DNA of 64,000 nt, taken from the NCBI GenBank assembly GCA_036555585.1, contig DATBLE010000012.1, forward strand, positions 3,133 through 67,132. The letters run 5' to 3'. The stretch is from Gaiellaceae bacterium (GTDB lineage Bacteria; Actinomycetota; Thermoleophilia; Gaiellales; Gaiellaceae). Each line of letters begins with the position of its first letter. Positions within the stretch are counted from its first letter, which is position 1. The notes under the pieces are model-generated. The model did no database searches, was not told the DNA's origin, and was given only the letters and a program-made list of their open reading frames with translations. The translations under genes were made by a program, and so were the position numbers. Positions 44,592 through 53,047 of the stretch are shown one piece after another.

Positions 44592-45884
44592 GTGAAGCGA
44601 CAGGCGGCGGATCCGGACGCCCTCGCCTACCTCCGGCTGGTCGGCCTCGGTGCGGTGATCGGCATTCCGGCCGCGCTGCTCGCGGCCGTCTTCCTGGCGT
44701 TCGTCCACGACCTCGAGCACTGGCTCTGGGACGACCTGCCCGATGCCCTCGGGGCGTCCTCGCCGCCGTGGTACCTCGTGATCGGGCTGCCGGCCGTCGG
44801 CGCGTGCGTCGTACTGGCGGCGCGGCGGCTGCTGCCCGGCGACGGCGGTCATCCACCGCTCGAGGGCATCGGCGGCGGGCCCGTTCCGGTCGTGAACGCG
44901 CCCGGGATCGCCCTGGCCGCGATCGGCACGCTCTCGTTCGGAGCGGTGCTCGGCCCGGAGGCGCCGCTGATCGCGCTCGGCTCCGTGGTCGGGATGGCGG
45001 TGACGCTGTTCGCGCCGCGGGTCGACGACAAGGGCAAGGCCGTGCTCGGCACCGCGGGCTCGTTCTCCGCGATCTCGGCCCTCTTCGGCGGCCCGATCGT
45101 GGGCGGGATGATGATGGTGGAAGGCGGACTGGCGATGGGCACGGCTCTGCTGCCAGTCCTGCTGCCCGGCTTCGTCGCCGCCGCCGTCGGCTACGTGCTC
45201 TTCGTCGGGCTCGGCGACTGGGGCGGGCTGTCGGCGCAAGGCCTGACGGTGCCGAACCTGCCGCCGTACACCGGCACGCACGTCTACGACCTGATCATCG
45301 CCGTCGTGGTCGGCGTGGTCGCAGCGGTGATCGTCGCCGCCGTCCGGCGAACGGCAGCCGACCTGACGCGAGAGGGCACCCGGCGGCTCGGGCTGCCCGT
45401 GCTGCTCGTCGGCGGCGGGCTGGCCGTTGGCCTCGTCGCGCAGATCGCCGACTGGCTGGGCGCCGACTCCCAGGACGTCCTCTTCTCCGGCCAGGCCGGC
45501 GTGCCGGACGAGGCGACCGCCTCGGCCAGGATCCTGCTGATCCTGCTGGTCGGGAAGGCGATCGGATACGGGATCAGCCTCGGCTGCGGCTTCCGGGGCG
45601 GGCCCGTCTTCCCCGCGCTCTTCCTCGGCATCGCCGTCGCCGAGTTCGCGCACACGTGGTTCGACGTGTCGCCGACGCTCGCCGTCGCCGTCGGAGCCGC
45701 CGCGGGCATGGCGGCCGGCACCCGCCTGCTGATCACCTCGGTGCTCTTCGCCGGGCTGCTCGTCGGCCACGCCGGCCTGGACGCGATCCCCGCGGCCGTG
45801 CTCGCCGCCGCCGCAGCCTGGCTGACCATGCAGGCGCTCGACCGGCGCGCCGCCGCGGCTGCACCTGCGACCGCGACCGCGTAG
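44592..45884 (+). CDS. ClC-family voltage-gated chloride channel/antiporter
   Basis: [11 protein letters not shown] and [14 protein letters not shown] selectivity-filter-like motifs; more than 10 TMs. Start uncertain (GTG 44592 preferred; track start 44535 abuts the divergent yihY ATG). Confidence 0.85.
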   Translation: MKRQAADPDALAYLRLVGLGAVIGIPAALLAAVFLAFVHDLEHWLWDDLPDALGASSPPWYLVIGLPAVGACVVLAARRLLPGDGGHPPLEGIGGGPVPVVNAPGIALAAIGTLSFGAVLGPEAPLIALGSVVGMAVTLFAPRVDDKGKAVLGTAGSFSAISALFGGPIVGGMMMVEGGLAMGTALLPVLLPGFVAAAVGYVLFVGLGDWGGLSAQGLTVPNLPPYTGTHVYDLIIAVVVGVVAAVIVAAVRRTAADLTREGTRRLGLPVLLVGGGLAVGLVAQIADWLGADSQDVLFSGQAGVPDEATASARILLILLVGKAIGYGISLGCGFRGGPVFPALFLGIAVAEFAHTWFDVSPTLAVAVGAAAGMAAGTRLLITSVLFAGLLVGHAGLDAIPAAVLAAAAAWLTMQALDRRAAAAAPATATA

Positions 45885-45894
45885 CGTTTGGCCC

Positions 45895-47571
45895 ATGGTG
45901 ACGCCGGACGAGATCGGCGAGGTCGCGATCTTCGCCGGGTTGGATGCGGGAGCGCGCGAGCGGCTCTCGCGCGTCGCCGCGGACATCAGCCTGCTCCCGG
46001 GCGAGTGGGCAGCGCCCGAAGGCAGCGAGCGGGCGCTCTTCGCCGTGCTCGAAGGACGGATCGAGGCCGTCAAGCTGGTCGACGGTATCGAGCGGGTGGT
46101 CGGCGAGCGGGAGCCGGGGGACATCTTCGGCGAGGTGCCGATCACCCTCGGGACGGTGTTCCCGGCTGGCTTCCGCGCGGCGGAGAGCGCTCGCGTCATG
46201 CGCGTCGAGCCGCACGACTACTACGCGGTCGTCGCCGTCGAGCCGGACGTCGGGCGGGCGGTGGGCAAGCTGGCGAGCCACCGGATCGGCGGAGCGTCGG
46301 GTCTCCAGGGCCTGGCCGCCGAGCCGTCGCCGCCGCGGGCGGTCGTGGTCGGCCATCGGCTCGACCCCGCCTGCTCGGCGCTGCGCCACTTCCTCGACCG
46401 CAACCAGATCACCTTCGCCTGGGTGCAGCCGGACGCGGCCGACGCGGCCGAACTGTGGGGCGGCCCGCTGCCCGCGGAGAGCGATTGCCCGGTCGTCCGC
46501 GTGATCGACGGGAAGACGGTGGTGCGGCCGCAGCTGCGCCGGGTTGCGGAGCTGCTTGGCCTGGAGACCGAGCCGCTGAGGGCGGAGTACGACACCGTCG
46601 TGATCGGCGCCGGGCCGGCGGGGCTGGCCGCGGGCGTGTACGGAGCGTCCGAAGGGCTGCGCACGATCGTGATCGAGCGCGAGGCGCCGGGCGGCCAGGC
46701 GGGGGCGTCGTCGCGGATCGAGAACTACCTCGGCTTCCCGTCGGGCGTCTCGGGCGAGGAGCTGGCCGACCGTGCCTTCAAGCAGGCGCGGCGGCTCGGC
46801 GCGGAGATCCTCGTCACCCGGACGATCGAGCGGCTCGACGCCAACGCCCGCCAGGTGCACCTGGACGGGGGCGATGTGCTCCGCGCCCACACGATCATCC
46901 TCGCCTGCGGCGTCGCCTGGCGGAAGCTGCCGGTCGAAGGCTGCGACCGGCTCCTCGGCAAGGGCGTCTCGTACGGCGCGGCGCGAGGCGAGGCGCCGAG
47001 CACCCACGGGCTGGACGTGCACATCGTCGGCGCGGGGAACTCGGCGGGCCAGGCGGCGATCCACTTCTCGACGCATGCCCGCAGCGTGACCATCCTCTGC
47101 CGCGGCGAGGGGCTCGAGAAGAGCATGTCGCGCTACCTGATCGACCAGCTCGCCTCGCGGTCGAACATCGACGTCCGCACGCGCACGGAGGTGGTCGCCC
47201 TCCACGGCGGCGACGCGCTGGAGGCGATCGACGTGCACGACGCCGAATCCGGCCAGACGACCCGTCTGGAGTCGGGCGGGCTCTTCGTGCTGATCGGAGC
47301 CGACGCCGAGACGTCCTGGCTGCCGCCCGAGATCGCGCTCGACCGCAACGGCTACGTGCTCACCGGCTCCGACCTGCGCGCGGCGGAGCGCTGGGAGCTG
47401 GAGCGCGACCCCTATCTGCTCGAGACGAGCGTGCCGGGCGTCTTCGCCTGCGGCGACGTCCGGCTCGGGCCGGTGAAGCGCGTCGCCGCCGCGGTGGGCG
47501 AGGGCAGCATGGCGATCGCGTTCGTACACCAGTACCTCCGGGAGGCAGAGCCGGCGCCGGCCGGGCGTTGA
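45895..47571 (+). CDS. cNMP-binding domain fused to a thioredoxin-reductase-like FAD/NAD(P) oxidoreductase lacking the CxxC redox centre
   Basis: 558 aa. N-terminal cNMP domain ([15 protein letters not shown]). GxGxxG motifs [13 protein letters not shown] and [15 protein letters not shown]-terminal GVFACGDVR. The TrxR CATC position reads [10 protein letters not shown]. Confidence 0.85.
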   Translation: MVTPDEIGEVAIFAGLDAGARERLSRVAADISLLPGEWAAPEGSERALFAVLEGRIEAVKLVDGIERVVGEREPGDIFGEVPITLGTVFPAGFRAAESARVMRVEPHDYYAVVAVEPDVGRAVGKLASHRIGGASGLQGLAAEPSPPRAVVVGHRLDPACSALRHFLDRNQITFAWVQPDAADAAELWGGPLPAESDCPVVRVIDGKTVVRPQLRRVAELLGLETEPLRAEYDTVVIGAGPAGLAAGVYGASEGLRTIVIEREAPGGQAGASSRIENYLGFPSGVSGEELADRAFKQARRLGAEILVTRTIERLDANARQVHLDGGDVLRAHTIILACGVAWRKLPVEGCDRLLGKGVSYGAARGEAPSTHGLDVHIVGAGNSAGQAAIHFSTHARSVTILCRGEGLEKSMSRYLIDQLASRSNIDVRTRTEVVALHGGDALEAIDVHDAESGQTTRLESGGLFVLIGADAETSWLPPEIALDRNGYVLTGSDLRAAERWELERDPYLLETSVPGVFACGDVRLGPVKRVAAAVGEGSMAIAFVHQYLREAEPAPAGR

Positions 47572-47629
47572 CGCCCCTGGGGGCCGGCACTGCGCCGGAC
47601 CGGGCGGAAGGGTGACCGCACCGCGGTCG

Positions 47630-48025
47630 CTAGGCAGCGCGGAGGGGGTGTCGCCACCGCAGGCCGGGAAACCGGCTGTAGTCCCGGTCGGTGGTGATCC
47701 ACTCGCTGCCCGACTCGATCGCCAGCGCCGCGAAGTACGCATCGGCGACGAGACTGCCGCGTATGTCTGCCTCCCGGCAAAGCCGCTCGAAGATCGGCCA
47801 GTGGCGCCGGCCGGAGGCGACCGGCACGACGTTCGGGTGCGATCGCAGGACCGACGCGAAGCCCAGGGCCGACTCGACCGGCTCCGGCGGCGAGAAGATC
47901 CGCGGATGCGTCACGACGCGAACGAACGAGCCGAGGACGAGATCGGAGCTGCCGAAGACCTCGTCGCCGTCGACCGCCTCCCGGAGCCAGTCGCGATACG
48001 CAGCGTGGCCGGGCGCAGACCGCAT
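47630..48025 (-). CDS. vapC: PIN-domain VapC toxin; conserved N-terminal strand lies upstream of the only canonical start
   Basis: 131 aa from ATG 48025 (..DAYFAALAIESGSEWITTDRDYSRFPGLRW). The in-frame codons 48061-48026 encode LLVDVNVLVYAF, the canonical PIN N-terminus with the first catalytic Asp. No ATG/GTG/TTG/CTG occurs between them and the in-frame stop at 48077-48079. Confidence 0.65.
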   Translation of the reverse strand: MRSAPGHAAYRDWLREAVDGDEVFGSSDLVLGSFVRVVTHPRIFSPPEPVESALGFASVLRSHPNVVPVASGRRHWPIFERLCREADIRGSLVADAYFAALAIESGSEWITTDRDYSRFPGLRWRHPLRAA

Positions 48026-48050
48026 GAACGCGTAGACGAGGACGTTGACG

Positions 48051-48302
48051 TCAACGAGGAGCGTCGGTCGACTCCATCAGATCGAGCAGCGCAGCACTGT
48101 CGTCGAGATCGATCCCCGGCAGGAGTGTCCCTGCGCTACGGCTCATAGGGAGCCTCGGGCTGCGACCCGCAGAGCCCTCACGCTGCGCGAGCGCCTGCCT
48201 GAGCGCGTCCTCGATCACGGCCGTCAGGGTCCGGCCGGTCTCGACCGCGCGCTGCTTTGCGGCTCGCATGAGCTCGTCGTCCAGCCGGATCGTAGTCCGC
48301 AT
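48051..48302 (-). CDS. vapB: VapB antitoxin (RHH-type)
   Basis: MRTTIRLDDELMRAAKQRAVETGRTLTAVIEDALRQAL is typical of VapB. Its stop overlaps the PIN N-terminal coding segment. Confidence 0.75.
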   Translation of the reverse strand: MRTTIRLDDELMRAAKQRAVETGRTLTAVIEDALRQALAQREGSAGRSPRLPMSRSAGTLLPGIDLDDSAALLDLMESTDAPR

Positions 48303-48355
48303 ATGCAAGAGCATACCGATCGAGCATCAATATGTCTGCTCGGGCCGTGGTCGAT

Positions 48356-49954
48356 TCAGCGGTCGAGCCGCGAGACCTCGAGGTCGAGATCTCGGACGAC
48401 GCGCCGCATGACCTCGTCGCTGATCTCGCCGGTGTTGCGCAGCTCGACCACGGCGTGGCGCTCGGCCTCCAGCAGCTCGCGCCGCAGCTTCTGGTACTTC
48501 GCCGACTGCTTCTCGATCTTCCCGTCGCCGTCCGGGTCGGTCCTCGCGTTGAAGCGGTCGATCCGGAACCGATACAGGCCCCGGAGCCGCTCGACCGTGT
48601 CGTCTCGCACCCAGACCTCGGCCTCGAGCTCCTCGAGCCGCTCGAGCGCCGCCTCGGCCGCGCGGATCCGCGCGTGCACCTCCTCCTCCTCGGCGCCGCC
48701 GTCGTCCTCCTCCAGTCGCAGCGCGCGGATGACGAGCGGCAGCGACAGGCCCTGGCCGACGAGCGTCGCCAGCACGACGGCGAACGAGCAGAAGACGATC
48801 AGGTCGCGGCCCGGCAGCGGCGCGCCCGCGTCGGTGCGCAGCGGGACGATCAGCGCGGCCGCGATCGTCACCGCCCCGCGCATGCCGTTCCACGCGATGA
48901 ACGCGGGGTAGCGCCACGGCGGGGAAGGGTCGTGCTCGCGGATCCGGGGAACGAACCAGCGCGGCAGGTACGTCGCCGGGAAGATCCAGACGATCCGCAG
49001 CGCGATCACCGCGAGGGCGATCAGCGCCGCGTCGCCGACGAGCGACCAGCCGCCGTGGGCGGAGAGACCGTCGAGGACCGGCCGCAGCTGCAGCCCAACC
49101 AGGCCGAAGAGCAGCACGTTGAGCAGGAACGTGAACACGCTCCAGAATCCCTCTCCCTGCAACCGCGTCTGCACGGTGGTCAGCTCCGGCGTGTACCAGC
49201 CCATGTAGACGCCTGCGGTGACGACCGCCAGCACCCCGGAGACGTGGAGCGCCGAGGCCGGCAGGAAGGCGAAGTAGCCGGTCAGGAAGGCGATCGTCAC
49301 CTCGAGCGGAGGGTTGTCGAGCAGGCGCCGGACGCGCCGGATCGGGTACCCGACCGCGAGACCGACCGCGACTCCGCCGACGATGTTGACGGCAAGGTGC
49401 CAGCCGGCGTCCCAGACGGAGAACGAGCCGGCGACCGCGGCGACGATCGCCGTGCGCAGGAGCACGAGCGCGGTGCCGTCGTTGACGAGGCTCTCGCCCT
49501 CGATGATGTCGATCAGCCGCCGGGGGACGCCGAGCCGCCGCCCGATCGAGGTGGCCGCGATCGGGTCGGTCGGCGAGACGACCGCGCCGAGCACGAACGC
49601 CTCGGCCCAGCCGAGGTCGGTGATCGCGTGCGCGACCACGGCGACGCCGCAGGTGGTGAGCAGGACCAGGCCGACGGCGAGCAGCGAGATCGGCCGCAGG
49701 TTGCGCCGCAGCTCGCGCAGGCCGGTCGCGTAGGCCGCCTGGTAGAGGAGCGGCGGCAGGATCCCGACCAGGACGACCTCCGGCGGCATCGTCACCTTCG
49801 GCACGCCGGGCCCGAAGGCGAGCAGGAGGCCGCCGAGCACGAGCAGGATCGGATAGGGGATCCTGAGCGGCCCGGCGAGGATCAGCAGCGCGGCGCCCGA
49901 GAGCAGCAACGCGAGCAGCTGCAGCTCCTGGCGGGTGCCGAAGTCGAAGATCAC
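48356..49954 (-). CDS. Na+/H+ antiporter (CPA1, NhaP-type) with cytoplasmic C-terminal domain
   Basis: 532 aa; about 11 TMs; ILPPLLYQAAY, AVVSPTDPIAA, ESLVNDGTALV. Confidence 0.9.
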   Translation of the reverse strand: MIFDFGTRQELQLLALLLSGAALLILAGPLRIPYPILLVLGGLLLAFGPGVPKVTMPPEVVLVGILPPLLYQAAYATGLRELRRNLRPISLLAVGLVLLTTCGVAVVAHAITDLGWAEAFVLGAVVSPTDPIAATSIGRRLGVPRRLIDIIEGESLVNDGTALVLLRTAIVAAVAGSFSVWDAGWHLAVNIVGGVAVGLAVGYPIRRVRRLLDNPPLEVTIAFLTGYFAFLPASALHVSGVLAVVTAGVYMGWYTPELTTVQTRLQGEGFWSVFTFLLNVLLFGLVGLQLRPVLDGLSAHGGWSLVGDAALIALAVIALRIVWIFPATYLPRWFVPRIREHDPSPPWRYPAFIAWNGMRGAVTIAAALIVPLRTDAGAPLPGRDLIVFCSFAVVLATLVGQGLSLPLVIRALRLEEDDGGAEEEEVHARIRAAEAALERLEELEAEVWVRDDTVERLRGLYRFRIDRFNARTDPDGDGKIEKQSAKYQKLRRELLEAERHAVVELRNTGEISDEVMRRVVRDLDLEVSRLDR

Positions 49955-50000
49955 GAACCTGGATCGGGGACAGGCTGAAGCCGGTCCCCGATGACGTCGC

Positions 50001-50903
50001 TCACGGGCACCAGGAGGAAAGCAGCTCGCCGCGGTCCCAGCCGGCCGCGTCCGCGCCCGCCTCGTACGCGCTCTGGAGGAACTCGAGCAGCGTCGCCCTC
50101 GGGTCGAGTGCGGTCCGCACGTCCTCGTACGGCAGCTGCGCCAGCGAGCCGGTGCCCGACTCGACCCAGCGTGCCGATGCCGGCGACAGCGCCCGTGCGG
50201 TCAGGCCGGGAGGCTCGGGCGCCGTGTACGAGTAATAGGTCGGCTTGCGCACCTGGCGGTCGCCGGCCCAGAAGCCGAAGGAGACGACCTCGTGCGTGTA
50301 CGCCTCTCTCGTCACGGCGTCCGCCTCCGTCAGATCGGGGGCGCGCCGCCCGCTGAACCTGGTCAACGCCAGGTCGAACGAGTGCCAGAACACGTGCACA
50401 GGACTCTGCTTGCCGCAGAACCAGCCGGCGAACTCCTCCAGCACGCCTGCGCTCCAGTTCAGGACGTGCCAGAAGCGCTCGACCGCCTCGGCGTCGTACG
50501 AGGCGTGCTCGTCGTCCTCGCGGAACGGGGTCGTCATCGGCACCCCGAACGGCCGCTCGACGATCGCGACGTCGAGCCCGAGCCGCGCGAGCGCGGCATG
50601 CAGACGTTCGTCGAAGCCGGCGACCGAGAGGTCTCCGAGCGCGAACGACTCCTCCGCCGTGGCCGTCTCGACCACCAGCCGGTGGTCCGCGAAGTCGAAG
50701 CGGATCTCGAACGCGGTCCCGTCCTGCCCGTGCAGCAGTCGCGTGGTCAGCCCGCGCACGTCGAGGTAGAGGGGGACGTGCCACCAGTGGTTCTTCGGCG
50801 GCGACGAGGCGAGCTTCACCTTGCCGACGATCTGCGCCCAGAGGTGCAGCGTCTCCTTCGTCTGCTCCCACTCCGGGTACGGCAGCGGCGGCAGCGGGGT
50901 CAT
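50001..50903 (-). CDS. Conserved hypothetical protein (DUF5996-like as recalled)
   Basis: Trimmed to ATG 50903 (MTPLPPLPYPEWEQTKETLHLWAQIVGKVKLASSPPKNHWWHVPLYL). ATGA overlap with the upstream zf-UBP gene. Confidence 0.6.
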   Translation of the reverse strand: MTPLPPLPYPEWEQTKETLHLWAQIVGKVKLASSPPKNHWWHVPLYLDVRGLTTRLLHGQDGTAFEIRFDFADHRLVVETATAEESFALGDLSVAGFDERLHAALARLGLDVAIVERPFGVPMTTPFREDDEHASYDAEAVERFWHVLNWSAGVLEEFAGWFCGKQSPVHVFWHSFDLALTRFSGRRAPDLTEADAVTREAYTHEVVSFGFWAGDRQVRKPTYYSYTAPEPPGLTARALSPASARWVESGTGSLAQLPYEDVRTALDPRATLLEFLQSAYEAGADAAGWDRGELLSSWCP

Positions 50904-51178
50904 TCGAGCACGAACGCGACCTCGTCCACGAAGCACCAGCTCCAGTCCTCGCCCGGCTGGGCGGAGCGGACGATCGGATGCTCCTGCTCGCGCGCATGCT
51001 TCGAGGCGTGGCGGCCCGGCGAGGAGTCGCAGCAGCCGATCTTCCCGCAGGTGAGGCACATCCTCAGGTGCAGCCAGCGGCCCCCGCTCGCCAGGCAGTC
51101 CTCGCAGCCGGCGATCGGGTCGGGCAGCTCGGTCACGCGGATCTGGTCGAGATGGGTGCAGGCGGGCTCGTCGGTCAT
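50900..51178 (-). CDS. UBP-type zinc-finger protein (92 aa)
   Basis: MTDEPACTHL..CEDCLASGGRWLHLRMCLTCGKIGCCDSSPGRHASKHAREQEHPI.. matches the zf-UBP Cys/His pattern. Confidence 0.75.
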   Translation of the reverse strand: MTDEPACTHLDQIRVTELPDPIAGCEDCLASGGRWLHLRMCLTCGKIGCCDSSPGRHASKHAREQEHPIVRSAQPGEDWSWCFVDEVAFVLE

Positions 51179-51213
51179 CTCGACCGCACGATACCGAGCG
51201 GCCGCCGGGCTCC

Positions 51214-52110
51214 TCAGCTCGCGGTCAGGCGCTCGCGCTGAGGGACGACCGTATAGCGCGGGTCCTCGGCCGACTGGAACCCGGCGCGAAAGACCGACCA
51301 GCGGCGGGCCAGCTCGCCGCCGAGCACGAGCGCTGCGCCCGCCACCGCCGCGGGCCGGCTGCGCGCGCCCGCGGTGCCTAGGAGGGCTGCGCCCATCGTG
51401 CTCGCCGTGCGGGCGAGCCTGGCGAAGCGGCCAGCCGAGCCGACGCGGTAGGGCTCGCCGACGAAGCCGAGCCGCCGTTCCATCACCGCCGCGGCGACGT
51501 TGGCGGCCGCCGCGCCGGAGACCGCCAGACGCCGCGCGGGCCCGGCCGACGAGGGGGGCGCGAGCATTGCCGCGGCTGCGCCGGCGGAGGCGGCGGCGCT
51601 GCCCGCGAAGACGAACGGCAGCTCGCGGCGCCCTTCGTGCCACACGGGGACGGCCGTGTTCGCGACCAGCGCGGCGGTGTAGGTGGCGAGGGGGGCTCCC
51701 GTCGCGGCCGAGACCGCTTCGGCGGCACGCTTCAGCCGCGGCAGGCGGCCGATCGCGCCGAGCACGACCCCCGTCGTGGAGGCGCCGGAGTTGGCGAGCA
51801 GGATCCAGCTGCCCACGCTCATCGGCGAGGTCACCTTGAACACCCGCAGCATGTTCAGGAAGCGCTCGGGCCGGCCGAGGTCGGAGATCAGGAGCAGCGG
51901 CGAGACGGCGTCGAAAACCGCCCCCGTCCGGCTCGCGGTCGTCGCCAGGTGCTCGTTGCCGGACAGCCGCGCCCACTGGCCGAGCACCGCCGAGGCACCG
52001 GCGATACCGCCCGTCCAGAAGTACCAGGGGATCTCCGGCTTCCAGACTGGCGGCTTGATCACGGGCCGCCCGTAGTAGCTCGCGGAGGCGCCGTTCTCGC
52101 CCACGTTCAC
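51214..52110 (-). CDS. NrfD/PsrC-type integral membrane subunit of the formate dehydrogenase complex
   Basis: GTGA overlap with the Fe-S subunit. YYGRPVIKPPVWKPEIPWYFWTGGIAGAS..; about 8 TMs. Confidence 0.8.
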   Translation of the reverse strand: MNVGENGASASYYGRPVIKPPVWKPEIPWYFWTGGIAGASAVLGQWARLSGNEHLATTASRTGAVFDAVSPLLLISDLGRPERFLNMLRVFKVTSPMSVGSWILLANSGASTTGVVLGAIGRLPRLKRAAEAVSAATGAPLATYTAALVANTAVPVWHEGRRELPFVFAGSAAASAGAAAAMLAPPSSAGPARRLAVSGAAAANVAAAVMERRLGFVGEPYRVGSAGRFARLARTASTMGAALLGTAGARSRPAAVAGAALVLGGELARRWSVFRAGFQSAEDPRYTVVPQRERLTAS

Positions 52111-52961
52111 GCGCGGCCTCCGAGGAACGCCGCTCCGATTCCGGCGACGAGCGCGACCGCTGCGGACGCCGTCCAGGCCCAGAGGCCCGGCAGGTCGCGG
52201 GTGGTGACGACCGGGTCCGGCGGCAGGCCATACACCTCCGGCTCGTCGAGGAGCAGGAAGAAGGCGCCGGCGCCGCCGATGCCGTCGTCCGGGTCGCGGC
52301 CGTACAGCTGCGCGCCGTTCCACCCGTCCGCCTGGAGCTTCTCCAGCCGGCGGTCGGCGCGCTCGCGCAGCTCGTCGAGCGGCCCGAACTGGATCGAGTC
52401 GGTCGGGCACGCCTTCGCGCACGCGGGCTCGTGGCCGTCCTTCAGCCGGTCGTAGCAGAGCGTGCACTTCCAGACGCGGCCGTCCTGCCCGTCGCCGACC
52501 GGCAGCCCGAGCACGGTCGGCGGCGGATCGTCCGAGTGCCGCGGGAGCTCGCGCCGGTCGAGCACCCCGAACGGGCAGGCGGGGACGCAGTAGCCGCACC
52601 CGTTGCACACGTCCTCCTGGACGACCACCGTCCCGAACTCGGTGCGGAAGAGCGCGCCGGTGGGGCACACGTCCAGGCAGGCGGCGTGCGTGCAGTGCTT
52701 GCACACGTCCGAGGACATCAGCCAGCGCAGCCCGTCGGCGCCGTCCTCGACGAGCAGCGGCTTCTCCTGCTCGATGAAGGCCACGTGCCGCCAGGTGTTC
52801 GCGCCGAGCGCCTGGGTGTTGTCGTAGGAGTCGCCGGTCCACTCGAGCCCGTCCTCGGGAACGAGGTTCCACTCCTTGCAGGCGACCTCGCACGCCTTGC
52901 AGCCGATGCAGACGGACGTGTCCGTGAAGAACCCGACCCGCTCGTCGGCGGGGGCGCTCAC
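52107..52961 (-). CDS. Formate dehydrogenase Fe-S (beta, FdnH-like) subunit, 4x[4Fe-4S], C-terminal TM anchor
   Basis: CIGCKACEVACKEWN, CKHCTHAACLDVCP, CNGCGYCVPACP and CTLCYDRL..EPACAKACP. Hydrophobic C-terminus. AAGGAG SD 8 nt upstream of GTG 52961. Confidence 0.9.
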   Translation of the reverse strand: MSAPADERVGFFTDTSVCIGCKACEVACKEWNLVPEDGLEWTGDSYDNTQALGANTWRHVAFIEQEKPLLVEDGADGLRWLMSSDVCKHCTHAACLDVCPTGALFRTEFGTVVVQEDVCNGCGYCVPACPFGVLDRRELPRHSDDPPPTVLGLPVGDGQDGRVWKCTLCYDRLKDGHEPACAKACPTDSIQFGPLDELRERADRRLEKLQADGWNGAQLYGRDPDDGIGGAGAFFLLLDEPEVYGLPPDPVVTTRDLPGLWAWTASAAVALVAGIGAAFLGGRA

Positions 52962-52972
52962 GAGCGCCGCTC

Positions 52973-52990
52973 CTTAACAGTGCCTGGCAC
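52973..52990. repeat. Copy 1 of an 18-nt repeat CTTAACAGTGCCTGGCAC (contains the fdh beta-subunit SD on the minus strand)
   Basis: Exact 18/18 match to 53030-53047, 57 nt away. Core GTGCC-N-GGCAC is palindromic. Confidence 0.7.
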
Positions 52991-53029
52991 CGTAAAGACC
53001 CTGCACAGCGGCGGTTTCCGGGGGTACGT

Positions 53030-53047
53030 CTTAACAGTGCCTGGCAC
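53030..53047. repeat. Copy 2 of the 18-nt repeat CTTAACAGTGCCTGGCAC (encodes the last residues and stop codon of the fdh alpha subunit)
   Basis: Exact repeat. Here it extends into the imperfect palindrome CTTAACAGTGCC-T-GGCACGGTTAAG (53030-53054). Confidence 0.7.
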
